Below are positions 22,688 through 35,105 of a stretch of DNA of 64,000 bases, piece by piece; the first letter of the stretch is position 1, and the number at the start of each line of letters is the position of its first letter. The DNA is taken from the NCBI RefSeq assembly GCF_030028105.1, contig NC_092386.1:43206347-43270346 (forward strand). The letters are read 5' to 3'. The notes beneath the pieces were generated by a model, which searched no databases, was not told the DNA's origin, and saw only the letters and a list, made by a program, of their open reading frames with translations. The translations under genes were made by a program, and so were the position numbers. The stretch comes from Mobula birostris. Lineage: Eukaryota.

Positions 22688-25411
22688 CATTGCTGGTTAG
22701 AGAGGAGATTAACGCAATAGAAAGGAAGGACATTAGCCAGGAGGATGTGGAATCGATATAGGTAGAGCTGCATAACACTAAGGGGCAGAAAATGCTGGTG
22801 GGAGTTGTGTACAGGCCACCTAACAGTAGTAGTGAGGTTGGGAATGGCATTAAACAGGAAATTAGAAATGCGTGCAATAAAGGAACAGCAGTTATAATGG
22901 GTGACTTCAATCTACATATAGATTGGTAAGGGTGCTGAGGAAGAGGATTTCTTGGAATGTATGCGGGATGGTTTTTTGAACCAACATGTCAAGGAACCAA
23001 GTAGAGAGCAGGCCATTAGAGACTGGGTATTAAGCAATGAGGAAGGGTTAATTAGCAATCTTGTATTGAGAGGCCCCTTGGGTAAGAGTGACCATAATAT
23101 GGTGGAATTCTTCATTAAGATGGAGAGTGACAGAGTTAATTCAGAAACAAAAGTTCTGAACTTAAAGAAGGGTAACTTTGAAGGTATGAGACGTGAATTA
23201 GCTAAGATAGACTGGCAAATGATAATTAAAGTGTTGACGGTGGATATGCAATGGCAAGCATTTAAAGATTGCATGGATGAACTACAATAATTGTTCATCC
23301 CAGTTTGGTAAAAGAATAAATCAGGGAAGGTAGTGCACCCGTGGCTGACAAGGGAAATTAGGGATAGTATCAATTCCAAAGAAGAAACATACAAATTAGC
23401 CAGAAAAAGTGGCTCACCTGAGGACTGGGAGAAATTCAGAGTCCAGCAAAAGAGGACAAAGGGCTTAAATAGGAAAGGGAAAAAGATTATGAGAGAAGAC
23501 TGGCAGGGAACATAAAAACTGACTGTAAAAGCTTTTATAGAAAATGATAACAGATAAAAGATAAAATGATAAATATGTGAAAAGAAAAAGATTGGTTAAG
23601 ACAAATGTAGGTCCCTTACAGACAGAAACAGGTGAATTGATTATGGGGAACAAGGACATGGCAGGCCAATTGAATAACTACTTTGGTTCTGTCTTCACTA
23701 AGGAGGACATAAGTAATCTTCTGGAAATGGTAGGGGACAGAGGGTCTAGAGAGATGGAGGAACTGAAGGAAATACATGTTAGTAGGGAAGTGATGTTAGG
23801 TAAATTGAAGGGATTAAAGGCAGATAAATCCCCAGGGCTAGATGGTCTGCATCCCAGAGTGCTTAAGGAAGTAGCCCAAGAAATAGTGGATGCATTAGCG
23901 ATAATTTTTCAAAACTCTTTAGATTCTGGACTAGTTCCTGAGGATTGGAGGGTGGCTAATGTAACCCCGCTTCTTAAAAAAGGAGGGAGAGAGAAACCAG
24001 GGAATTATAGACCAGTTCCCCTAACATCGGTGGTGGGGAAACTGCTAGAGTCAGTTATCGAAGATGTGATAACAGCACATTTGGAAAGCGGTGAAATCAT
24101 CGGACAAAGTCAGCATGGATTTGTGAAAGGAAAATCATGTCTGATGAATCTCATAGAATTTTTTGAGGATGTGACTAGTAGAGTGGATAGGGGAGAACCA
24201 GTGGATGTGGTATATTTGGATTTTCAAAAGACTTTTGACAAGGTCCCACATAGGAGATTAGTGTGAAAACTTAAAGCACACGGTATTGGGGGTATGGTAT
24301 TGATGTGGATAGAGAATTGGTTGGCAGACAGGAAGCAAAGAGTGGGAATAAACGGGACCTGTCAGTACAGCAGGCAGTGACTAGTGGGTACCGCAAGGCT
24401 CAGTGCTGGGACCCCAGTTGTTTACAATATATATTAATGACTTAGATGAGGGAATTAAATGCAGCATCTCCAAGTTTGCAGATGACAGGAAGCTGGGTGG
24501 CAGTGTTAGCTGTGAGGAGGATGCTAAGAGGATGCAGGGTGACTTTGATAGGTTAGGTGAGTGGGCAAATTCATGGCAGATGCAATTTAATGTGGATAAA
24601 TGTGAAGTTATCCACTTTGGTGGCAAAAACAGGAAAACAGATTATTATCTGAATGGTGGCCGATTAGGAAAAGGGGAGGTGCAACGAGACCTGGGTGTCA
24701 TTATACACCAGTCATTGAAAGTGGGCATGCAGGTAAAGCAGGCGGTGAAAAAGGCGAATGGTATGCTGGCATTCATAGCAAGAGGATTCGAGTACCAGAG
24801 CAGGGAAGTACTACTGCAGTTGTACAAGGCCTTGGTGAGACCACACCTGGAGTATTGTGTGCAGTTTTGGTCCCCTAATCTGAGGAAAGACATTCTTGCC
24901 ATAGAGGGAGTACAAAGAAGGTTCACCAGATTGATTACTGAGATGGCAGGATTTTCATATGATGAAAGACTGGATCGACTAGGCTTATACTCGTTGGAAT
25001 TTAGAAGATTGAGGGGGGATCTTACTGAAACATATAAAATTCTAAAGGGATTGGACAGGCTAGATACAGGAAGATTGTTCCCAATGTTGGGGAAGTCCAG
25101 AACGAGGGGTCACAGTTTGAGGATAAAGAGGAAGCCTTTTAGGACCGAGATTAGGAAAAACTTCTTCACACAGAGAGTGGTGAACTTGTGGAATTCTCTG
25201 CCACAGGAAACAGTTGAGGCCAGTTCATTGGCTATATTTAAGAGGGAGTTAGATATGGTCCTTGTGGCTAAAGGGATCAGGGGGTATGGAGAGAAGGCTG
25301 GTGCAGGGTTCTGAGTTGGATGATCAGCCATGATCGTACTGAATGGCGGTGCAGGCTCGAAGGGCCGAATGGCCTACTCCTGCACCTATTTTCTATGTTT
25401 CTATGTTTCTA
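22688..25411 (+). mobile_element. Relatively young 5'-truncated CR1 LINE; disrupted ORF2 (APE-RT)
   Basis: Long ORF pieces 23577-24266 and 24403-25314 (NYRPVPLTS, QHGFVKGKSC, LDFQKTFDKVPH, SKFADD); (ctatgttt)n terminus. Confidence 0.95.
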
Positions 25412-25547
25412 AAACTTTCGATCTCTCTTTGGAATGGCCAAAGATTAGCAAATTTATAGGAATTGATGGTAAAACAAAAGCAAAAAAAACTGTAGTTGCT
25501 TGAAGCTAAAATAAAAGAAAATTCTGGAAGTCCTTGGCACCTTTCAG

Positions 25548-26090
25548 TCAGAATTAGGTTCATTATCACTGACATATATCATGAAATTTGTTTTGTGGTG
25601 GCAGTGCAGTTCAACACATTCAAAATTTAATGTAAGTTACAATAATTTAAAAAATAAATAAGTAGCGCAGGAAGATGGCAAATAATGAGGTAGTTGGAGT
25701 TGGCTGAGTTTACAACACTGTAGCTTTTTCCAATCCTGTACATTGGCGCCTCCATGGCAGAAGGGGATCCAAACAGTTAGAACACTCTCCACAGTAGTTC
25801 TGTAGAAGTTTCGTAAAGTCTTTGGAGAAAAACCAAATCTCCTCAAACTCCGAATGAAATTTAACTGCTGTTGAGCCTTCTTTGTAATTGCATCAATATG
25901 TTGAGCCCAGGATATATCTTCAGAAGTGTTGACACCCAAGAACTTGAAGCTCTTCACCTTTCCACTGCTGATGACACTTGATGAGGACTGGTGTGTGTTC
26001 CCTCGACTTCTTCTTCCTGAAATCTACAACCAACCCTTTGGTCTTACTGAAGTTGAGTGCACGTTGTTGTCGTGACACCGTTCAACCACC
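25548..26090 (-). mobile_element. Rex1/Babar LINE 3' fragment
   Basis: SFKFLGVNTSEDISWAQHIDAITKKAQQQLNFIRSLRRFG..NFYRTTVESVLT. Confidence 0.85.
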
Positions 26091-26827
26091 TGAGTATCAT
26101 ACGGTGAAAGAGCTCTTAGTCCAATTGTAAATTGAGGTCTTCCCAGGTTCCGATGAGGTTTCATTCGTGGGAAATATTTGTAAACTGCATTATTCATAAG
26201 TCAGAAATTAGCAAAACCAGTGTGCAGCAGAGGATCACAAAACAGCTACAACAAGAGCTCAAGCAGGTGCAGGTAGAACTGCCACTGGCTGGCCTCACTA
26301 ACTCCATGAGTGATTGTACGCAACACTGCCTAGCCTACTCTGCTCTGCTCCACACAGCCCCGATTGTCATGATTCAGAATGCATGGAGGGGAAGTTACAG
26401 CATGCCGCAGAGTTATACAACAATACAACCAGTCCATACCGACCATGGTGCCCACCCAGCAAGTCCCAATCTCCTTCTTTCAGCCATATCCTTCCAAGAC
26501 CCACCCCTCCATGTACCAACACAAGTGCCTCAAATGATACTATTGTACCTGTCTCAACCATTCCCTCTGGCAGATCATTCCACATATGCACCACCCCTTG
26601 CGTTAACTGTGTTATTATGTCTGTACATAATAGAGGACTTCAGTTCCCAGTGTGCATTGCAGGTGGTTCACCCAGAACTGGAAGTGACGTTGGTGAATGG
26701 GACACACATGCTCTTGGCAGGTAGGAAGGTCCCAAGCTGAAACTGTGACTGAAGCTATTCAGCAAAAAAAATAGTTCTAGCATTTTTATCCATGTAAGTT
26801 TGTCTTTTTTCAAGAACAAACATAACA

Positions 26828-26840
26828 TGGTGTCAGAAGT
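26828..26840 (+). promoter_or_regulatory. Primer-binding site (tRNA-Leu-like)
   Basis: TGGTGTCAGAAGT immediately after the LTR-terminal CA. Confidence 0.75.
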
Positions 26841-29009
26841 TGGCATGAGGTCCAAATATGAAGTGTAAATGAATACAGCATTTGACAAAGACAGCTAGGT
26901 TCCAATGGAGAGAACCAGCTGGCAAAAGAACAAGCTATCTTGAAGTTCATCAAGAAATAGAGATGACAGGAGCCCGAAAAATCCTGTTATGCAATTTGCC
27001 GGGAATTGGAAACACTTCAAACAGCAATTCAGTATATATTTAGCAATGAGCAGAGTTGGCGGAGCGGAAGAAAGATTGAAGGCATCTATCTTTCTACATG
27101 TAATTGGCAAAGATGATTTAGACATCTACAACACCTTTCAAATTGATAAGTTAGACTTTAAATTGGACACTCTGATTGCAAAATTCAAGGAGTATTTTGT
27201 CCAAAGTAAAAACATCATGTTTGAGAGATACAAGGTCTTCTGTGACCAGAAACAAAGTGTCAACATTGACCAATATTTAGCAGAGCTTCACACACTGAGT
27301 AAGCCCTATGAGTCTGGACATTTGAGAGAGTCACTAGTCAGAGACAAAATAGCCCCAGAGAAAATGTTCCCAAAGAAAGATTGCTCTTTGAAAAAGATTT
27401 AATGCCAGAAAAGGCTCTGTATATGTGTAGGGCGGCGGAAACCACCTGAGCATAAGCTAACGAGCTGCACAGAGCAGAAACAAGTTGTATGCTGTGAAAA
27501 CAGAGGGGCAGAGCACAAGGTGTTTCACAAAGCAACCACAAACTAAAGAGATAGGCTCAAACTGTAGATGAAGGTAGGAACATCTCAAAGAAGTGTCCTG
27601 CTTATGGAAAGTCCTGCAATGATTGCGGGAAGAGGAATCATTTCGCAAAGTGCTGCAAGGCTACCGAGAAGAAGTTGGTGAGGAATTTCTGATGATGAGG
27701 AAATTAAGGAAGATTTTGCAGATTCTCTGTAGGCTGCTGGTGCTGATAAACCAGAATGGATTGTTCCAATGACTGTGAATGAGACAGCAATTCCATTCAA
27801 ACCTGACACCGAAGCCCAGGTGAATCTGCTATCTGTGGATTATTACAAGTCTCTCAAAGTAAAGAGAAAAATTTATCCAGTGAAATTAAAAGTGACAGGC
27901 TATACAGGAGAGAACGTTCCAGTAAAAGCGGGCTGTATAGTGACCGTCAATCACAAGGGACAGACCCTAAAGGCACAGCTACAGATTGTTGAAAAGCAAG
28001 TATAGATAATATTTGATCTGACTGTGTGCAAAAAGCTCAACCCGGTGGAAGGAGTTTTCATAGTGGCTTCACAGCCAAAGGAAACCAGGTAGCACTCAAA
28101 GAGTTTGCAGATGTCTTTGAGGGGCTCGGATATTTACCTTCGAGAAACTCGTAACAGTATCTATGAGGGCTCCAGAGAGATTTTGAAAGAGAAGCACAAG
28201 AACTCCACCTTCCATAGATATCTGTACCAGCTGCACCGGCATGACAGTCAGGCTGCCAGTGCTAAACAGAGTGATCATGATGAAGACGTCACCGGTCTTG
28301 CTTCCACATCATGCAACTGTGGTTCAAAATCAGTCTTCCAATAATGTACAGTTAAAGACTGGAAATCAAAAATATCTCCACAATCCTCTCTGAAGTTGAA
28401 GAGGAAAAATAGAAAAGAAGATGGGGATAACACACAGACCCAAAGGTCAGAACAACAGCAACAGTTCAACACAGACTAACAGGAGGAGCTGCTATCAATA
28501 TACACAGCCAACAGGAGTTCTGTGAATTGAGACAGACTCAGTTAGAACTTGTGCAAAGACTCACTGATCACATGGACATAGTTCAGGGCTCCCCATTATG
28601 AGACATATGGAGCAAATTATGGTCACACATTAAGAACAAGTACCGAGACAAACAGATAGGATATTGAAAGAATGCTGTGAAAGCAATAAACACGTAGATC
28701 AGCATTCTCAAAATGACACTGGTATTAATGCAGCAAGTGGAAGCAAGATATCTGTGGAAATAAATAGCAACCAAAAAGGATCAGTAAGCCACCACAGAGA
28801 TGGATTGAGAGTGGATAAGTGAATGGGGGATTGTATTTGCTTATTATAATTGAAGTTAATGCAAATAATGCATTGTGCTGTAAATTTTCTTTGTTTCTAT
28901 GTTTCTAAATATCTTTGTTGGAAAGCGTTATTGTGTTTTGCGGATTTATGAGGTCATACTATTATGCTTGTTTTCTTTAAAATGAAAGATATGTCTGTGC
29001 ATAATAGGA

Positions 29010-29685
29010 GGAGGAGAAGATGGCGACGTGATGCAGTGCACGTGGCCTCTCCGGTGAATGATATCTGTAATCTGTCAAGTAGGGGACAGTGCACAATTCT
29101 GATTTGATGGAGACAGATGTGAGAGTACGGAGGAAAATCTGGAAAAAACTTCTGAAATGCCTGTTTCGCTGCCTCTGCTACTGTGTGGTAACTGGAATCT
29201 CTGGAGCAGAAGGCCACGAATCCTCAGCTTTGCTTGTTTCGGCGGCCGGGGCTAAGTCGAAGGCACTCGGCAGAGAATGGCGCTTGGGAGGCTGTATCAG
29301 AGGGGCTGGTCGGAGGCTCGAAGTTTTCGGATGGACGGACTCGGTGTCGGCTGCTTCCGAGGCACCGGCAGTTGTCAGTGCCTTGGAGGTTTATGGCAGG
29401 GAGTTTCTCCCTTTTGCCGCCTGCTATCGGGGACTCAGGAGTTGATCGGGACTTGAGACGTTTTTTACCGTGCCCATGGTCTGTTCTTTATCAAATTATG
29501 GTATTGTCTTGCACTGCTGTAACTATATGTTATAATTATGTGGTTCTGTCAGTGTTAGTCTTTATTTTGTCCTGTTTTCTGTGATATCACTCTGGAGGAA
29601 CATTGTATCATTTCTTAATGCATGTATGCATTTCTAAATGACAATAAAAGAGGACTGAGTGTTCTCATAATCTAAACTAATCTAA
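29010..29685 (+). mobile_element. Non-coding ~680-bp retroelement (GC-rich 5' part, LINE-like 3' tail) inserted in the 3' LTR
   Basis: Interrupts the LTR between ataatag(gagga) and cttcagttcccag; AAGATGGCG at 29017; ends aataaaag...(tctaa)n. Confidence 0.8.
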
Positions 29686-30771
29686 CTTCAGTTCCCAGTG
29701 TGCAATGCGGTGGTTCACCCAGAACTGGAAATGATGTTGGTGAATGGGACACACATGCATTTGGTGGGCAGGAAGGTCCCGAGTAAAGCGTGGCTGAGCT
29801 GAAGCCATGACTGAACCCATTCTGTAAATAAAATAGTTCAAGCCTTTTTAGCCACGTAAGTATGTCTCTTCTCAAGAACAAACATGACATTAACAACTTG
29901 CCCCTTCAGGTCCTTTTCATATCTTTCCCCTTTCACCTTAAACCTATGTCTATTAGCTTTAGAGACTATGACTCTGGGGAGTCATGGTACCACACACCTT
30001 ATATCTGTTTCTCACAATTTTATACACTTCTATAAGTTTGCCTCTCATGTTCCATGGAAAAGTACCTAGGCTGACCAATCTCTCCCTATAACTCAGGCCC
30101 TCTGGTCGTAGCAACATCCTTGTAAATCTTTTCTGCACACTTCCCAGTTTAACCACATCTTTCCTATAACAGGATGATCAAAACTGTAAGTGTGCCCTCA
30201 CCACTGACAGACAACTACAATATAATGTCAATAGTCATCACTGGACATTATCACCCATACCTGAACCAATTGGATACAAGCAGTATGCTTGACTGATACA
30301 AATGAAGAAGCTTATGTGACAAAATATTTGAAAGTAAAGTATCTGCAGGAAAGGGAACAGGTGTGGACTGAAGAGAAACCATGACTGTACAATTTTCCAT
30401 CAGAAGATATAGGAAAATTAGTATCATGTAGAAAAATCACCGCATTAGTTGCTTGCAGCTGGAAGGATGATTATGGTTTGGAATTCTAAGCACAGCAGTA
30501 CAATCATTGCTTCATTAAATCTAAGCTCTGGCCTGGTTGATAAAACCCTTTCCTCATTGGGTTCAATCAGAAAGCAGAGACCTGAGCTTGCAAGTCCAGC
30601 CAGCATCGCACTCTAGTCCTAAGACAGTGTTGCACTATCAAGATGCTAAATGAGTCATTAAAAGAAGACCTTGTTTGCCTTCTCATGTAGTTGCAAAAGA
30701 TCCCACATCAACCTATTGGACAAGGGTAGGGTGTCCTGCATTTGTTATGCAATATCACATAAGCATACTTG

Positions 30772-31500
30772 TAAAGTTCAGCGTTCAAAGTAAATTTATT
30801 ATCACAGTTCATGTATGTCACCATATACAACCCTGGGATTCATTTTATTGTGGTATACTCAGTAAATCCAAGAAACACAATAGAATCAGTGAAAGACCGC
30901 ACTTCACAGGACAACCAAACAACCAATGTGCAAAAGACTCCGCAAATTCAAAAGTAAGAAAATAATAATAATAAATAAATAAGCAAAAAATAAAGAACAT
31001 GAGATGAAGAGATCTTGAAAATGAGTCCATAGTAGTGGGAATAGTTCAGTGATGGGGGTGAGTGAAGTTGAGTGAAGTTATCCCCTCTGGTTCAGGAACC
31101 TGATGATTGATGGGTAATAACTGTTCCTGAACCTGTTGGTATGGGTCCTAAGGTTCCTGTACCTTCTTCTGAATGGCATCATAGAAACATAGAAACCTAC
31201 AGCACATTACAGTCCCTTTGGCCCACAATGTTATGCTGACCATATAACCTACACTAGAAACTGCCTAAAATTTCCCTGCGGCATAGCCCTCTGTTTTCCT
31301 ATCAGTGAGGTGAGCAAGGCCTGGTGGTGGGGAACCTTGAAGATGGATGCTGCTTTCCTGCAACAGCGCTCCAGGTAGGTGTGCTCAGTGGTGGTGAGGG
31401 CTTTACCTGTGGTGGACTAGTCCATTACTTTTTGTAGGATTTTCCATTTAAGGGCATTGGTGTTCCGATACCAGGCCATGATGCAACCAGTCAATATCAC
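30772..31500 (-). mobile_element. Rex1/Babar-type 3' fragment with a small CR1-tail insert (31180-31300)
   Basis: gttcaaagtaaatttattatc terminus and body shared with 55974 and 16262. Confidence 0.75.
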
Positions 31501-31983
31501 TGCCATTTATAGGCACTTACTGTTTATATTTTGCTTCCTGCACGTCTTAAATTGCAACAGGGATAATTCAAAAATATTTCATCAGCTGCAAAGTGCATGG
31601 TCTGAGACCATGAAAACTGCAATGAATGTGCAAGACTGTATTTCATCTGCCACAAGTGCAACTGAAGGCCAAATTGTCACTGGCAATCGATGGGCTCACT
31701 GAATGCTTTGTTCACAGAGAATCTTCTACTTTTGTCCACAGTGACTTGCATATTGCTGGCAGATTATGAAGACCATGTTTTCCTTCTGTTTTGAATTTTG
31801 TGCAAAACACTTCGATCCAAATGAATATTAAAGGTCATAGATACAGTATTTTGTTTGAATTAAATCACAGATATAGCTAATGAATGGCATTACTACAAGT
31901 ATCTACTGAAGGGAAATCCAGATATACACTGTGCTTGATTACATCTGATCTCACTTGGAGCATGGGATTGAGTGGACTGAGTT

Positions 31984-32612
31984 AGAACATAGAACATAGA
32001 ATAGTACAGCACAGTACAGGCACTTCGGCCCACATTGTCATGCCGACCCTCAAACTCTACCTCCCATGTAACCCCCCACCTTAAATTCTTCCATATACCT
32101 GTCTAATAGTCTCTTAAATTTCACTAGTGTACCTGCTTCCACCACTGACTCAGGCAGTGCATTCCACACACCAACCACTCTCTGAGTAAAAAACCTTCCT
32201 CTAATATCCCCCTTGAACCTCCCACCCCTTACCTTAAAGCCATGTCCTCTTGTATTGAGCAGTGGTGCCCTGGGGAAGAGACACTGGCTATCCACTCTAT
32301 CTATTCCTCTTAATATCTTATATACCTCTATCATGTCTCCTCTCATCCTCCTTCTCTCCAAAGAGTAAAGCCTTAGCTCCCTTAATCTCTGATCATAATG
32401 CATACTCTCTGAACCAGGCAGCATCTTGGTAAATCTCCTCTGTACCCTTTCCAATGCTTCCACATCCTTCCTATAGTGAGGCAACCAGAACTAGACACAG
32501 TACTCCAAGTGTGGCCTAACCAGAGTTTTATAGAGCTGCATCATTACCTCACGACTCTTAAACTCTGTCCCTCGACTTATGAAAGCTAACACCCCATAAG
32601 CTTTCTTAACTC
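31984..32612 (-). mobile_element. 5'-truncated CR1/HER1 LINE
   Basis: PHYRKDVEALERVQRRFTKMLPG...FFTQRVVGVWNALP; (agaacat)n terminus. Confidence 0.92.
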
Positions 32613-32719
32613 TCTTCTTATTGTGCCTACATCTTTCTTAACCACAAGAGTGCACTCATTCATGTACTTTTAGCACATTGAACACTATCATTACTTACTC
32701 ATTAGCCAAGCAATTAGTT

Positions 32720-33138
32720 GCTTCTCTACTGCCCGTTACGTCTCTGGCACTCAGGCAGCAATGAAGGTCCTTCTCAGCCGGTGTTGAGGACTTCATTCAT
32801 CGTGTCAGTAGCTCGGTTTTCACTACTGTCAGTCATACAAGTCCCGGATGGAGACTCAGGAATATCGTCGCACTCAGATGTAGAAGGATTCTACATTGTT
32901 GTTTTCCATTACAATCTTGTTTTACCAGTCATGGTTGTTAGCCCTGAGCTGAACCCCCAAACCTGGAGGACCGGTGGACCACTCTTAGTCTGGCCTCTAC
33001 CCTTGGACTTGCTTGCTCACGGATAACCCTACCAAGAGCCAAAGCATAAAGCCTTGACTCCAGCCAACATAGCTCTCTGGGTCATTTCAGCATGAAGCCT
33101 GCAAACGCAACGACAAGTCATGGTCATCTGGGAGGATT
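32720..33138 (-). mobile_element. Bipartite non-autonomous RTE-derived element (5' UTR plus 3' tail)
   Basis: RTE-like 5' UTR motif gttagccctgagctgaacccccaaacctggaggacc and RTE-like 3' end (rc: ggaccttcattgctgcc..taacgggcagtag) within ~420 bp, no ORF. Confidence 0.55.
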
Positions 33139-34003
33139 CTATTGCTTATAGTACTTGAATGGCCAGTTCAGTCATTTCCATTCCATTCCTGAAGACAGCG
33201 CTGGCATGCAGTACATTCAATATTAAATAATATTCAGATATTAGCCTGCATATATGAATTACAGTGAACAAAATTAAGCACACTTTAATATATTTAATTG
33301 CAAGCTTTCTGGTGAGACTGAGTTCATTTAGCCAGTGACCCCTGTGAGGACAATATTTGTTGTAGCATCACATCAGATTGTTACTATGTGCTTCCAACAC
33401 ACTCTGCATGAACATTCTGGTCACTGTTAAAACCTTGCTTTCCTATGGAATAATTAGGAATAACTCCTGAACTTGTGCTGATGGCATGTATCCCCACCAG
33501 ATAATTTACTTCTGTTCAGCTTTTAGGGTAAGATATGAAGACTTATCTGTCCCTGTGTAACTGAACTCCCAGTTTTCCTGCATAGTGATGTTAATGCTTA
33601 TGGCTGAAATAAAGTACTTAATGAGGGATTACTTTTGCAAGCACTCAAAAATGGAAAAAAATGCCTGTCAGTTTTGTATAATTATGTTAATTTGTCTGTG
33701 TATTAGTCCATCTTTGCTAAACATTAAAGAAGAGAAAACTATGGCATATATTGAGGGGGAAACAAAAAAAACACAATGTGTATTTATAGGACTGGATCTC
33801 CTGTTGAATGTTCTGTACTCATAATTATCATGAATAATAAAAGAGAGCCCATATCTCCTTTTAAAATTCTTTTTCGACTCTCAAGGAAGCTGCTAATAAG
33901 AGATTATGTAAACACAACCGTAAGGCTCACTATTTTTCTTTCTCTTTTCTTTCTCTTCTCTTTGCCCCTCATATCTCTTTATTTATTTTATTTCTTTTGA
34001 CAG

Positions 34004-34063
34004 TTGTACTGATTCTGGAATTGCCTCAACTCAATAACAAGATACTGAACTTGACGACTTGAG
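34004..34063 (+). other. Candidate short exon (non-coding, poison or terminal)
   Basis: Branch-like CTCAC at 33926, AG-free pyrimidine-rich tract to CAG 34001-34003, possible weak donor GAG|gttatg; stops in all three frames. Confidence 0.35.
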
Positions 34064-34759
34064 GTTATGCTGAAAATTGTAGATGAAATGTTAGTCATTT
34101 TTAACTTAAATATTTTCAATCCTCAATCATACAAAGTTCGTGATTGTAAATGAAACACAATGCTATAATGAAAGTGTATTTTGAAAGCTTGAGTTCTGAC
34201 CTTTTCACCCAGCTCTCAAATGTTCGACTTGTGACATTGCGTTCAGGCAGAGGTGAAATCATTTTTGAAAGTTGTGGCTATTACATTGATTTAATTTTTA
34301 AAAATAGAAATAATATAAAATTTAGTGTCATTCTATCCTATACTGCATGATAAACAAGGTACATCTCTGCCACATCATTGTTGACTGTACACTGAAATAA
34401 CCTGGGTTTGAGAACGTAGAATTTCACCTTGAAAGATCAGCCAGTAAAGTTGAATCAAGCTAGGTTCAAGATATGTTAAATATTTGTGAAACCATGTAAG
34501 AAATTAAGGTTTTCCAGTATTCAGCCAAAATACTATTGTTTTATTGTGTTTGTTGTTCAATGAACAACAGAAGAGATATTTTGATGTGCTGGAATTTCAA
34601 GTCAGTTAATTACTTTCACTCTCCACAAACATTGTCTGATAAGCTGAGTGCTTCCTGCATTTTATAGCACTATGTGTCACATTTTAATTTATTGCACCAT
34701 ACAGACTATCACGTATAGTAAAGCCTCCCTTGCTACCTCACTGTAAATCTAGGTAACAA

Positions 34760-35105
34760 TCACACTGTCAAAACATTGGATTGACTTTGACGGCATAAAA
34801 CTGCCGTGCGGCAACAATGACTTTTGCGACTGCCTGGTGAAGAAAGCCATTGAAATAAAACTAAAGGAAAAGAATTTTAACAACGATGAATGTCTCGCTC
34901 TAAGTAACAACTGGAATTTGACTGTAAACCAGGTGGGACAGCAGAGAGCTGATTGGATGAGGAGGGATGGACGATGGGGGTATGAATACTACCAGATGAG
35001 ACATACTCAGGCATCATGCCTGATGAAGATGGCAGAGTTTGTCACTGAAGCGTCAGTTATAATCGATACTCATACCCGGCTGGAAGCCCAAGTAGAGCTT
35101 ATTCG
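34760..35105 (+). mobile_element. Penelope-like (Poseidon-type) 3' fragment: GIY-YIG C-terminus and decayed hammerhead
   Basis: HWIDFDGIKL...LVKKAIEIKLKEKNFNNDECLALSNNW; CTGATGA (35020)-hairpin-GAAG-CGTC. Confidence 0.7.

Larger units (their letters stand above)
26608..29889 (+). mobile_element. Non-autonomous Ty3/Gypsy (Mag-like) LTR retrotransposon, pol largely deleted
   Basis: 5' LTR ~26608-26827; PBS TGGTGTCAGAAGT (26828-26840); gag (NWKHFKQQF..FERYK), zinc knuckle CNDCGKRNHFAKCC, protease FKPDTEAQVN; 3' LTR ~28990-29889; 5-bp TSD TTAAC (26603-26607 / 29890-29894). Confidence 0.9.
26395..30200 (-). mobile_element. CR1 3' fragment split by the Gypsy element (26395-26607 and 29895-30200)
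   Basis: ccaccccttgcgttaac | aacttgccccttcagg rejoin as a continuous CR1 3' region; VQKRFTRMLLRPEGLSYRERL. Confidence 0.75.

Noticed and set aside
23577-25314. Long RT-like ORFs (229 and 303 aa) as a functional or domesticated gene
   Set aside because: They are pieces of a 5'-truncated CR1 ORF2 broken by stops and frameshifts, with a standard CR1 3' end
26132-26740. 202-aa ORF
   Set aside because: Chance read-through across unique DNA, an antisense CR1 tail and an LTR
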